From Octopus vulgaris (taxonomy: Eukaryota), in the NCBI GenBank assembly GCA_951406725.2, contig OX597837.1, positions 17,608,001 through 17,672,000 on the forward strand: a stretch of DNA of 64,000 nt, read 5' to 3'. Every line of letters begins with the position of its first letter. The first letter of the stretch is position 1. A program made the position numbers and the translations under genes. The notes under the pieces are model-generated. The model was not told the DNA's origin and did not search any database. It worked only from the letters and a program-made list of their open reading frames with translations. This document shows, piece after piece, positions 28,814-41,520 of the stretch.

Positions 28814-30559
28814 CATCCCCTCAAGTACAGGCACATAATATAGAAGTAGTTATGATACTTTGAAAGTACAGGTAACACTTGTTTTTTGTTTTTTACTTCC
28901 ACACCACTCTCTGCCACCCCCATAAGAGCTTGAGATACTTACATTATAGACTATGTTATTTCTTTGGAAATATCTTGAGTAAGTCGACAAGAGTGGAGTG
29001 GAGTTCATTTGACAAGTTGTAACCAGCTGTATTGCATTCTTTAGAAAATGTATGCCATATTCATATGTGTCATAAAACATAACAAAGGGTTCTCATTGGG
29101 AAGGGCATCCACTATTAAATACTGCCTCAGAACGGGCTAACCAACCCATGCCAGCATGGAGAGGAGATGTAAAATGATAATGATGATGACAATGGAACAC
29201 AGTTACAATTATATTTAATAAAAATATATTTAGCTTTACTGAGGAAATAGGACCCTAAGTTTAAAGAACAGAGCTCTCAGCAGCTAGGAATAAAGATTAA
29301 GATTGACTCAAGGTTCATTAAAGATTTGCTTAGTTTCCTGAAGCTGTTGTGAAAATGCAATAATATTTCTTATGAAAAAAGTTAACAAAATCAAGGAAAA
29401 CCATTTCTGTTTCTGTGTTGATATTATATTGATGAGGTCTGATACATTGTAAATCTTAGTCCTGACACTTAAAATAGGCAAACTTATATCTGCCAAGTGA
29501 TAAAAGATTCTTACCTAATTATTAAAAAAAAGTACAACCAGCCTGACTATATTTCTTCATGTTGACATTCCGAGTCTTGGTCCCCTCCCATCATCATCGT
29601 ATAATGTCTACTTTTCATTCTGACATAGGTAGGATAGTTTTACAGGCAACTGGTGAGCAGCAGAGCCATATCAAGCCCCAATGTCATCTTTGGTATGGTT
29701 TTTATGGCTGGATGCCCTTCCTAACACCAACCATTTTGCGTGCTTTTTCATGTCTCTGGCACTACTACTTTGCAGAGTGTATTGGGTGCTTTTTTCATGC
29801 CACTGGCACTAGTGAGAAGACAGAGAACAGAGAAGGAGGAGAAGGAAAGGGAGGAAAAACTCCTACTACTGAGGAGTATTTAAGAAGAGCAGGTGGAGAT
29901 GGGTGGTGGTGGTAGGTCAAGTGTTTAAAGGCTAAAGAATAATAGAGGGACAAACACATGTGTTTGTCCCTCTCCTATAGAGGAGATAAGAGGAAAGTAG
30001 TGATGTGTTGCTGGAGCAAACTCACGAGGTGGGGGGACAAGAAAATGAGTGTAAAAGAGGACAAGGATGGTGGATTATGGAAGGGAATGAGAGTGGATAA
30101 TTTCATAAGAAAGTGAGGTGGAAATAAACAGGTAGAGGTAAGTGTAATGAGTAATGAACAAGGGTGGGGGTGCAGATGATGGGAAATACCAATACGCAGA
30201 GTGGTGAAGTGGGAGATAGAGAAGTTGCTTAAGAAGGAGAACAGAACAGAAAGTAGTTGAATGATATGTAGGGGTTTAGGTGTAAAAGTTGTGGAAAGGG
30301 AGAGATAGGGATACATAAGGAGCTATAGTTGGTAGATTGTGATGATAGATATGGGAGATGAAACAAGGACATATCTTTATGCTCCAGAAACTCAGTTCAT
30401 GGAATGACACCATACCTGTTCTTCCAAGATTATGAAATTCAAGAGCCTGCAATCAGTACAGAAAGTCATGGTAACTGATTTTTAGAATGACAAGGGCATC
30501 ATTCTCCTTGATTTTCTGGAATGTTGCTGTGCTGTAAATAATGATGGGTACAGTGAAAT

Positions 30560-30760
30560 ACACAAGACACTTTAGAGAAGTCATTAGAAGGAGGGTGCCA
30601 CACAAGGACCAGAAAAAAAAAAACCACATTTATGTTGATAATGCAGAACCACACACACAGTTGAAGCAACTTATCAAGCAGCTGGCAAATTGGGCTGGTC
30701 AGTAGTCCCCTGTCCACCATACAGCCTGGATATGTAACTCCTAACAAGGCACAAGTGACT
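30560..30760 (+). mobile_element. Highly decayed Tc1/mariner transposase remnant
   Basis: HTHTVEATYQAAGKLGWSVVPCPPYSLDM resembles the PH...LGWEV.PHPPYSPDL segment of mariner transposases. Confidence 0.4.
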
Positions 30761-30933
30761 GTGAAGAAATGCACACCAGAATTTTTTCAAAAAATGTTAG
30801 CTTCAATGGGGATTGCAAATACATTTCTGTAGAACAAGAGTTATGTCATTTGAACAATTTATGCCAGTTAACAAAAAAGTTATGTTCACTTTTGTATTAC
30901 TTACAATACAACCCTCTTATGTTTATTTTCTAG

Positions 30934-31049
30934 GCTGTCTTAGTTGACATGGAAGAAGGTGTTGTCAGTGAGCTTTTGAGAAGTCCTTTAGGAGAACTCT
31001 TTGATCACCAACAACTCATCACAGATGTCTCTGGAAGTGGCAACAATTG
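30934..31049 (+). CDS. TUBE1: Epsilon-tubulin exon
   Basis: ttctag|AVLVDMEEGVVSELLRSPLGELFDHQQLITDVSGSGNNW|gtaagg; DMEEGV is characteristic of epsilon-tubulin; phase 0/2. Confidence 0.95.
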
Positions 31050-32992
31050 GTAAGGGAATTCCTAACAGATTCAGTGGAGAAATCACCCATTTCTATTGAC
31101 TACAGATCACTTACTCTAGGATACATGTCCTAAGATATGGAACAATTTGTTCTAAGACAGGGGACAGGTGTAAGACAGGGGTCATTATAAGATAGGAAAT
31201 ATTTGTTGTAAGATAAGGTTTAGTTTAAGATAGGGTCTTTTTGCAGTAAAGGAATAGGTTTATTTTAATATAAGGGATACTTTGTTGTAAGGTAGGGATC
31301 ATGAGGTATTGTTGTTGTCAGCCCTGATGCAGCAGACCTATAATTAAATGTGTCCCAAAAATGACCATCCCATCTTTTCAAACATAGTTTATCTCAAGTA
31401 CTATCCAATGTCTTAGCTTTGTTTGAAAGACTGTAGATTGCAATTCGAGATTTAGCTGCTGTTTCTAGCAGATAGTACAACCACATAGGGCCTTCTGCAT
31501 AGGCTCATTGGTAGCAGTGGTAGCAGACATAGATGAATTTACCACACACACACACACACGCACACACACATGCACACACACCATCACAAGTGATATCCAG
31601 GCTGCAGTGGAGAAGAGAAGCCACTGGATTTGGTTAAAAAGAGACAATGAGCAATGGAATTTTGATCTAGCAAAAGAAACCTCATCTCAATGACAGGGAG
31701 CTGGTGCATAATAATACCATCAAGAGGAAGGGCCGAAAATGCTGTGCATTCTCTAATGATAACCCTTAAGCCTTCTAGTGTCTGAATCTTTCAATTGGCA
31801 GCATTTGTATTTGAGAGTTGCTTGCAAATAATCAATGACATTGCTTTTTTTTTTAACCCTTCCTCCTCCTCCTCCTCCTCCTCTGATTTCACAATATAAC
31901 CTCACTCAATACTGAAGTGTGATGAAGGCACTGTTGCTCAACCTGTTAGAAACAGCAACCAAAGCTTTCTTTACACTCTACATTAGCAATGTAATCCTTG
32001 ATATACAAATAAGCATCATAGTTTTACTCAGTCAAGGTTGACCTGTAGTTAACTTACAATAACAACTTTGTATGTGAACAATCACAACTGAAGCATATGA
32101 AAGTATGTGAGTTTCCTGGTTTCAGTTTCTAGTAATGGTCCTTATTTTCACCTTATTTCCATTACTAATATCCTCCCTTTCCACTTCCCTGTACTTCACC
32201 CTTTGATGGATATCTCTGACTGTAACACTTTACTCATTCACGCCATTTATAATAGTCACATGACAAACCTGTGTCAGCATGGAATATATACATTAGAATG
32301 ATGATGAGAGTTGGTCAGCCCTGATTGAACACAACTATGATCCGTAACATTCCAACGATATCTGTCCCATAATTTTCTGACATTGTTTGTATAACTAAAT
32401 TGTGCAATCTACTCCATATCACTGGTTTTATCGTTTAAGGAACATTTGGCTGCTGTTTCTAGCAGACCAAACGACGGTGTAGTAGCTACCTTATTGACCA
32501 AGAATGGCAGTAGTGGCAGTAGCAGTGGTGGTTAGGAATGATGTTGGCAACAAAGTGGGGTTAATTTCTTGTTTACAAAAATGCAAGAGTAACTTGTGTA
32601 AGGGATACAGCACTAGTAAATTGCTGGCACATTTTTTATTGCAGCTCAAAATAGAGACAAAAGAGGAATTGGTCCCTGGTAAAAATTTTTGGTAGACATG
32701 AAACCTAAATGAATGATACAAAATGCTGTCATACATTTATGAGATTGACCATTTCCACCACCATTACCCTCCATACACACACACACAATACTGATTTATT
32801 GATTAAAATACAACACCTGGCCTTTTCTGTCTCAGCAAAGCAAAGGCAAATATTTCCTTCCAACATCAGTCATATAGATAAACAATAAAACCAAAGATAA
32901 CTATTTCAGCTCAAGTTTACAAAATTCTCCTCCTTGGTCTCAGTTATGTCTCATTGTTGTACAATTACATACTTTTTTTTTTGTCCTGGAAG

Positions 32993-33114
32993 GGCTGTTG
33001 GAAACAAGACGTATGGCCACCACTACCGAGAAGCAATTCTAGAATCTGTGAGACGAGCAGCAGAATTCTGTGATTGTCTTCAGTGTTTTTTTATCATCCA
33101 TTCCATGGGAGGAG
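32993..33114 (+). CDS. TUBE1: Epsilon-tubulin exon
   Basis: ggaag|(W)AVGNKTYGHHYREAILESVRRAAEFCDCLQCFFIIHSMGG(G)|gtgagt; phase 2/1. Confidence 0.95.
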
Positions 33115-34694
33115 GTGAGTAATTAACTTTTAGTTTAATGTTTACACACACAAACATATATATTTACATGAGTTGAATGGATCTGCCATACAAGTCTGCT
33201 CTTTCAGTAGTTAGTCAATCCATCCACTCGCATTAACTACCTCCTTTGTTCCTATATTTAACTATAATAAAACTTGAAAGAAAGTCAGAAATTTGGTGGA
33301 GGAGTAAGATCAATTGTGCACATAGTGTCTGTAATGGTAAATGCTTTTGAATGTTGTATTACAGAATAATGCAACAGACAATAGGAATTTAGTTGTTATT
33401 ACAAATGTTTAAGTCATAATGCTTAACCAGATTGACAGAAAAAGTAGATGAATGGAAAGATACAAAGATACAGCAATAAACAGAAGCACAGGCAAGCAGA
33501 CAGAAAGAGAAGTGACTAGAGAGACAGGTAGTTCATCATCATCATCATCCTTTAACATTCATTGTCTATGCTGGCATGGGTTGGATGATTTGACTAGAAC
33601 TAGCAAGCTGGAGAGCTACACCAGACTCCAGTTTGATTTGGCATGGTTTCTACAGCTGGATGCCCTTTCTAACACCAACCATTTTACAGAGTGCGCTGGG
33701 TGCTTTTACATGGCACCACAAAGGTGCTTTTATGTGGCATTGCCACAATTGCTTTACATCACCAGAAAGATCAGTCTTAATACTTCTGCTGTAGAGCATG
33801 GGTAGTTGAATACATACATACATACAAAGATATATATATATATATTCTTATACAAGAATATTGTTGACAATGACTTCAAAATTTCAGCCAGTCTGATAAT
33901 AGTTTAGCTGGCCAAAACTATATAACAATAATAAATTTTTACTCTTCAAAAGTATAAAGTAACCCATCAAATTAACGTAAAATTGTTTTTATTGTAACTG
34001 AGCATAAAAACAAGCATTAATGTAAGGTGGTTGGCATTAGGAAGGGCATCCAGCCATAAAAACCATACCAAAACAGATAGGGAAGACTGGTGCAGTCTTC
34101 TGGTATACTAGCCCTTGTCAAACCATGCCAGCATTGAAAACAGAGGTTAAATGATGATGATGATGATATATATATAGTGAGAGACAGAGCAGTGGCTAGA
34201 AAGAGATAGACAGAAAATCAGTTAAATTTATATAAGGTAACCTTAATTGACAAATAATTACAGAGTGAGGTTTGTTGCTGGTTGGTGGTGTGCTGTTTCT
34301 TCAGTGAGTGATTTCAGATTCGTGATCATTCACTGGACTATAAGTTCATGCATGTGTTGATGTCCATGATCATGTTTGTACAGCCAGGCTGCTGAAATTT
34401 TATTATTGTTGATTAGTACTTTATTTTAATGGCCCTGGAAGAATGTAAGGCAAAGTTGATCTCAGGAAGATCTGAACACAAAATGTGAAAAGCCTGAACA
34501 AATATCATAAAGTATTGTGTCTGGTTGCTTTAACAATTCTATCAGTTTTCTACCCTTCTTGAGACTAGCTAATAAAATCAAACTTATTTCATAGGAGAAT
34601 AAAAACAACTACTGACAATCTCTCTGTCCCTCATCAGCCTGCTAAATTGAAAACAGACATCTCAAAGGGCTTTCTTTGATCTTTTTACTTCTAG

Positions 34695-34761
34695 GTACAG
34701 GCGCTGGTGTGGGAACATATATTTTGGACCTGCTTAATGATGAATTCCCTGACGTCTACAG
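34695..34761 (+). CDS. TUBE1: Epsilon-tubulin exon (completes the GGGTGAG signature)
   Basis: ttctag|(G)TGAGVGTYILDLLNDEFPDVY(R)|gttgat; phase 1/2. Confidence 0.93.
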
Positions 34762-36589
34762 GTTGATTTACCATTTAATTTGTTTCATGTCATCAATATT
34801 GTCTTCTATTTATCACTTTGCATAGACAAAGAAAAAGATGCTGTAAACAGTTATCACATTAATTTCAGTTTAGAATAATTATAGATTGCGGTTGTTCCAT
34901 AGAGCTGCCTAAAACTGTGCACCAGTTAACTCTGTCTCTCTTTCTTTCTCTGATAACAGACTTTATTTTATTTTGTCATGCACTTTGTGATCAATAGCTT
35001 TATTGGTTATAAGTTTCTAATAACTAATCATGTTTCATTGCATTTCTGATGATGAAAGTGACAAAGATATATCTGTGCAACTTGGGTGGAGTAAAATAAA
35101 AACCACAAGGTATTTTTATTCAGCACATTAATTTATTGATTGATATTCTCATTGATGTGAATATCTCTCACCAATATGATGTGCTTCTTCACAGTTTCCA
35201 TCTACTAATTTCACTTACATGGCATTGTTCAATCTGAAGCTGTTTTTAGAAGACAGGATGCTGCACCATGGAACCATGTGGTTGCAAGGCAAACTACTTA
35301 ATCACACACCCATGTCTTTGCTCTGTTAACGAAGTTGTTATTTAATCTCAGGTCAGCCCTAATTCAGTTGATCTATATTTTGCTGTGACAGTCCCGTCTC
35401 TTGAAGTAACTATTATCATTCACCCATGGCAGTGGATAAATATATTCTCAAGATCAACTTTTAATTACTTGTGAGCACTTCTAGGTTTCATCACCAATTT
35501 ACTTCTCAACCAAACTGAATGTGGTTTTTTTAGCAATGATTGTCCAGTCTTTGAGATCAGATAATTGAAAATTGATTCATTAAAAAAAAAAAAGGTTTCA
35601 TCAGAATATGTGAGGTCAAAAATGTGAGAGTAAGATGAAAATATGACTTGAGTCAAAATATCTCAGTTATTTTAAAAGAAAAGTATGGATTAATTGAATT
35701 TAAAAGAAAGTTCTCTCTGAGAAGAATCTTTTGATGAAAACCACATTAAATGACAAAAAAATTGTCGGTAACCTCAAAAATCAAAATATCTCAGCCAATA
35801 TTGAAGAAAACTATGCAACAGTTGTGTTCAAACGAAACAAATCTATGAAATGAATCTGATGGTGAAAGCCCCATCAAAAAATATTAGCTACAAAAAAAAT
35901 GTGGTGTGGTGTAAAGTGACAAAAAAAAGTGATCATTTTAACAAATTAAAATAGTTTTGTCATGTTAAGATATTTAACATTATAAAAGATAGTATCTGAT
36001 GTCATATGTCACTTAGCTTAATAGTACAGCACACTTAACTGGAATTTGAGAGGTATGTTTCAATCCTCACTGGTGGTGTGTTAGCCATTTTTTTTCCATT
36101 CTCTAAGAATATTGTGAAGACTTCGATTTCTAAGGGTATGGTATAAACCTTCTCAAAAATTATTAGCTACAAAAACTGTTGTTCAGCTTTTAGTGACCCA
36201 AAAATAAAGGTGATAATTTTAAGAAATCAAAATACTTTTGTTTTTCTAAAAGAAAAATAATGTTATTTGAACTCAGATGAAAGAGTTCATCCAGGGGAAT
36301 ATTTTGGAGAAAGCTTGCTCCAGAAATTATAAGCATGAAAATAGTTATGATTTTTTTGCAATTTCATTCCTTCCCTCTTTGGTCTGTAGCCATGCTGGAG
36401 CACTGCCTTGAGGAGTTTTAGTTGAACAAATCAACCCCAGGTCTTATTTTTTTAAGCCTAGTACTTATTTTATCAGTATCCTTTGCCAAACTGCTATGCT
36501 ATGGGAACATACACACGTCAAGCAGTGATGGGGGGCACAAACACAGACACGAGGACACACACATAGATATATACATATATATATGCAGT

Positions 36590-37022
36590 GATATACATCT
36601 GGAAAATCCTGGAGGGTCTTGTCCCAAACTTTGACATTCAAAGTTATCCCAACCGCAGAGCGGGGCGCCACTGCATGGTGCCAAGGATTCCAACATCACC
36701 ATCAGAATACAGGACCAGATACTGCAACAGCTTGTGTTTCAGAGGACCACAGCTCTTCAACATCCTCCCTAAATGCCTGAGAGACTTACATGGTGTGGAT
36801 GTGGGTTTCTTTAAAACTAAGCTGGATCTTTTCTTGTCGGGGGTCCCAGATGAACCTACATCACGACAGGAGACACAGATGCGGGCAGCGGCATCAAACT
36901 CCCTTGTTGATCAAGTGCCACGTATCAGAGGTAGATTCACATATTAGTGTAGCTCATTCAATGGTGGTGCCCCAGCATGGCCACAGCCTTCAGGCTGAAA
37001 CATTTTTAAGGATTTAAGGATT
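36590..37022 (+). mobile_element. CR1-clade LINE 3' end fragment
   Basis: IYIWKILEGLVPNF...[15 protein letters not shown]...VPDEP, then 3' UTR and TTTAAGGA tail. Confidence 0.88.
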
Positions 37023-37023
37023 C

Positions 37024-37069
<46 letters not shown>

Positions 37070-37129
37070 TCATCATCATTGTTTAACATCCGTTTTCCAC
37101 GCTAGCACGGGTTGGACGGTATATATGTT

Positions 37130-37676
<547 letters not shown>

Positions 37677-38930
37677 GTGAAAGTGACATATCTCGACTTT
37701 GCAAAGGCCTTTGACAAAGTCGATCATGGAATGATATGTTACAAACTGCGTGATCTTGGCATAGTTGGAAAATTGGGAGAATGGCTTCATGACTTTCTGA
37801 AGGATAGAAGTCAGGTGGTAGTAGCCAATGGGGCCACCTCCAATAACACGCAAATAGTGAGCGGTGTTCCGCAAGGCACTGTTTTGGGACCACTGCTGTT
37901 CATAATGGCCCTCTCAGACATGCCCACAGCCACGCAGAGAGCCACGATCACAAGTTATGCAGATGATAGAAAAGTTTCACAGGTAATACAAAACCCTGAA
38001 GACACTATGCACCTGCAATGTGAGCTGGACAAAATATACAAGTGGGCTGAAAAGAATAGCATGCAGTTCAATGCTGAAAAGTTTCAAGCTTTATGCTATC
38101 AGCATGCAAAACTAACTGCAATACCCAATAAATACACTGGACCTGGGGGGATTGCAATCCCAGAGGCACAATCAGTGCGAGACCTGGGTATTTACATGAG
38201 TAATGATGCAACCTTTCATGTGCATGTTGCTAAATTGGCAATGAAATAGAGGCGGCTGACCGGATGGATTCTTAGAGCTTTTAGAACAAGAGACCAGGAA
38301 ACCACGATGGTCCTCTGGAGGACACTTGTTCTAAGCCACTTTGACCATTGCTCTCAGCTATGGTCATAATCCAGTGTCAAATTAATCACAGAACTTGAGG
38401 TGATCCAACGAAGCTACATGAAGAAGATAGCCTCTGTGCAGCATATAAGCTATTGGGAAAGACTCAAGAGATTGAGACTCTATTCCTTAGAGCGTAGGTG
38501 AGAAAGATATGCCATAATATACATCTGGAAGGACTTGTCCCAAACTTTGGCATCGAGAGTTACACAAATACTAGAACTGGGTGCCACTGCATAGTGCCAA
38601 GGACTCCAAATTTGCCATCAAGATGTAGGACAAGATACTGCGATAGCCTGGGCTTCAGAGGTCCACAGCTCTTCAATATCCTCCTGAAGGACCTGAGAGA
38701 CCTGCATGGGGTGGATGCGGATGTCTTTAAAATAAAGCTGGACCTCTTCCTTTCAGGTGTCCCAGATGAATCAACTTCACAGCAGGAGGTATAGATGAGG
38801 GTAGCTGCATCAAACTCTCTCATGCACCAAATGTCAATTGCTAAAAAGCATTCGTGAAGTAAAATCAGGTAATAACATCGAATGGTGGTGCCCCAGCATG
38901 GTACAGTTTGTGAGCTGAAACTAGATGAAA
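37677..38930 (+). mobile_element. CR1-clade LINE RT fragment through the 3' end, inactivated
   Basis: YLDFAKAFDKVDHG, SGVPQGTVLGPLLF, YADD, RDLGI; in-frame stops after 38249. Confidence 0.92.
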
Positions 38931-39086
38931 ATATATGTATATATGTGTGTGTGTGTGTATATATATTGGCCTGCTCACTTAGCCAGCGGGGTGGCGTCAT
39001 TCGAAGGCTAAAACAATGCGAACGCATTGTGACCAGCAATGTGTAACAACATCTGATGGTCTGGTTGGTCACGTGATCACGTGATG

Positions 39087-39117
<31 letters not shown>

Positions 39118-39118
39118 A

Positions 39119-39175
<57 letters not shown>

Positions 39176-40576
39176 GGGTGGGTGTGATTGTGTATAGAAG
39201 AATATATTAATAAAAGGAATTCCAACCTTGTCTGATTTTCACGTTGTATTTACAATCTTATAATGATATAAGATAAGATAATATAATATAATAAAATAAA
39301 ATAAAATAATAGAATGTTAAATGTTCATTCTGATTGAACTAGTACTTTCATGCATTAAATTCTGCAATCTTCAGGTTCATGTAGTAGTGGTGACAGTCAT
39401 GCTTCACAATTTTTGACTGTAGCGAGATGATTGAATCTGTGCTTTAAATACAGCTGTGTAGGCTCCAGATGCTAGGTTTTGCAAACTATATTCTGACCAA
39501 TCAGTGTGTAGTATCACTCAATTACTTAAGCTGATTGGTTTCGGCGTCACGCTTTGTTGGACATGTCAAGAGTCCTGTATCTTGACCCTGGCCTAAGCAG
39601 CAATTGTTGGGCTATTTTTAGAAATGTTGTAAATAGCCTTTGTCAGAGATTTTTATATTTTTATATTTCAATTGTCATCATCATCATCATTGTCAGCACC
39701 TTAATTATTGTTGCTAGTGGTGATGATGGTGGCAATAGAACTTTTAACCCTAAATAAGATAATTTTCCTGCTATCTAAGTATTATTATTGCTTATTTAGC
39801 TTGGGTTCGAATTTATCAATAAAATTCTTTTCTCTGATTTTCCTCTCGATTTCACTTGGGCTGTATAATTTGTAGAATGGAAATATATATATTTTCCGAC
39901 CACATGTTGCTAGGTGGTTACTCAAAGGTATCTGACGAACCTCTGGGTCTCTAATCTGTTGTCGGTGTACATGTGAGCGTTCTGATAGTGCGTTTCCCGT
40001 CTGACCTACATATATTTCTTCACAATTTGGGCATTTGATGCAGTAAATTAAATTTCTGCTTTTGCAGTTCATATTCGCATTTGTGAATATTTTCCCGGTT
40101 TTTGTGTTTATATATTGGCCGGTATGTATGAATTGGCATGTGCCACAGTGGCTATCATTGCATTTAGATACAGTGAATGTTTGGTCTTTGTTGCTAAGGT
40201 CAAATTTTGCCTTTGTTAGTAATTTTTTCAAGTTTTTAGGCTGTCTTTTACTAAGCACCATAGCTCGATCCGTGAGTATGTCTTTTAATTCATTACTTTG
40301 GGCAATGATTGGTAGGTTTGCTTTGGCAATGTTGAAGATATTCTGTTGACATGGGTTGTGTGTCACTATGAATGGTATGACTTGTTCTTGTTTTCCTCTT
40401 CCTTGGGTTGTCCTTAGGACTTAGATATGAAAGTACTAGTTCAATCAGAATGAACATTTAACATTCTATTATTTTATTTTATTTTATTATATTATATTAT
40501 ATTATATTATATCATTATAAGATTGTAAATAAAACGTGAAAATCAGACAAGGTTGGAATTCCTTTTATTAATATAT
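39176..40576 (-). mobile_element. Penelope-like element (Neptune-type), 5'-truncated: GIY-YIG endonuclease, 3' region, and an inverted copy of the 3' terminus
   Basis: ORF 40366-39785 reads CNDSHCGTC...NCKSRNLIYCIKCPNCEEIYVGQTG...H...E...PKLN. A ~150-bp inverted repeat pairs 39202-39351 with 40427-40576. Both ends are flanked by (TA)n. Confidence 0.9.
39335..39379 (-). ncRNA. Minimal type I hammerhead ribozyme in the PLE terminal repeat
   Basis: UGAAC CUGAAGA U UGCA GAAUUUAA UGCA U GAAA GUAC UA GUUCA: perfect stem I, intact CUGANGA and GAAA cores, 4-bp stem II, palindromic AGUACU stem III, UA cleavage site. Confidence 0.8.
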
Positions 40577-40581
40577 ATATA

Positions 40582-41090
40582 TACTAGCAGTATCGCCCGG
40601 CGTTGCTCGGGTTTGTAAGGGAAATAACTATATAAGCATTTTTAGAGAGTTACTTCCCTTATAGATGCCAATTCGGGCTTTCTTAGCCATTTCTGTTTTG
40701 GTGTCTTCAAGCCATGAAGTCGTTGTTCTAAAAGAACGCTGGTCTCCTTGACAACACTTTACGACGTTGATTTCCTTACACTCCCTTCCCCACAGCTTCA
40801 CGAGGGAGGGAAGAAGGGGGAGAAGCAACAGGTGCAGGTGTAACCATGGACACCAACTCCGCCGCCATCGATACATGAAAAATTATGCATTAAAATGGAA
40901 TAAAAAATGATGTTAAATTATTTTTTAAATCGTAGACTCATCGTAGACGCGCGCTAATACCCAGACGGGCTCGATATGAATCACGACTATAAGATACCTG
41001 AATTTGGTTAAACTGCACCACAAAATGTGGGAGTAGTTAGGAATCTAAATCGAAAGGGACAGACACTCACACAACTACAGTTTTATATAT
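40582..41090. mobile_element. Non-autonomous Helitron/Helentron-like element
   Basis: Begins TACTAGCAGTATCGCCCGGCGTTGCTCGGG (short terminal hairpin CCCG..CGGG) and ends GACAGACA...TTTTATATATA in a TA run. This is the typical layout of HINE/DINE-like elements; recognised by pattern only. Confidence 0.55.
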
Positions 41091-41520
41091 ATATATATAT
41101 ATAAAATAGGGCTTCTTTCGGTTTCTGTGTGCCAAATCTACTTACAAGACTTTGGTTGGCCTGAGGCTATAGTAGAAGACACTAACCCAAGGTGCCATGC
41201 AGTGGAATCGAACCCAGTACCATGTGGTTGAGAAGCAAGCTTCTTTCTTACACAACCACTACTGCTCCTATTATTTTTTTCTTATTTTGTTTATGTATTA
41301 AATTATGTACTTATTAAAAACATATGATAAAAAATTTCACTCATGAAAAACTAATTATTAATTATTTTTTTTAATATAAATTGCTCAAAAATATATTTAT
41401 GTGCAAACAAAATTTCTAAGTTTGAACAAAACCTGTTTTTAATAAATATTTACAGGAGTATCACTTTTACAATTATAATAATTATAATGATAGAAGTGTT
41501 GCCTGGAAATAAAGTGGGCC

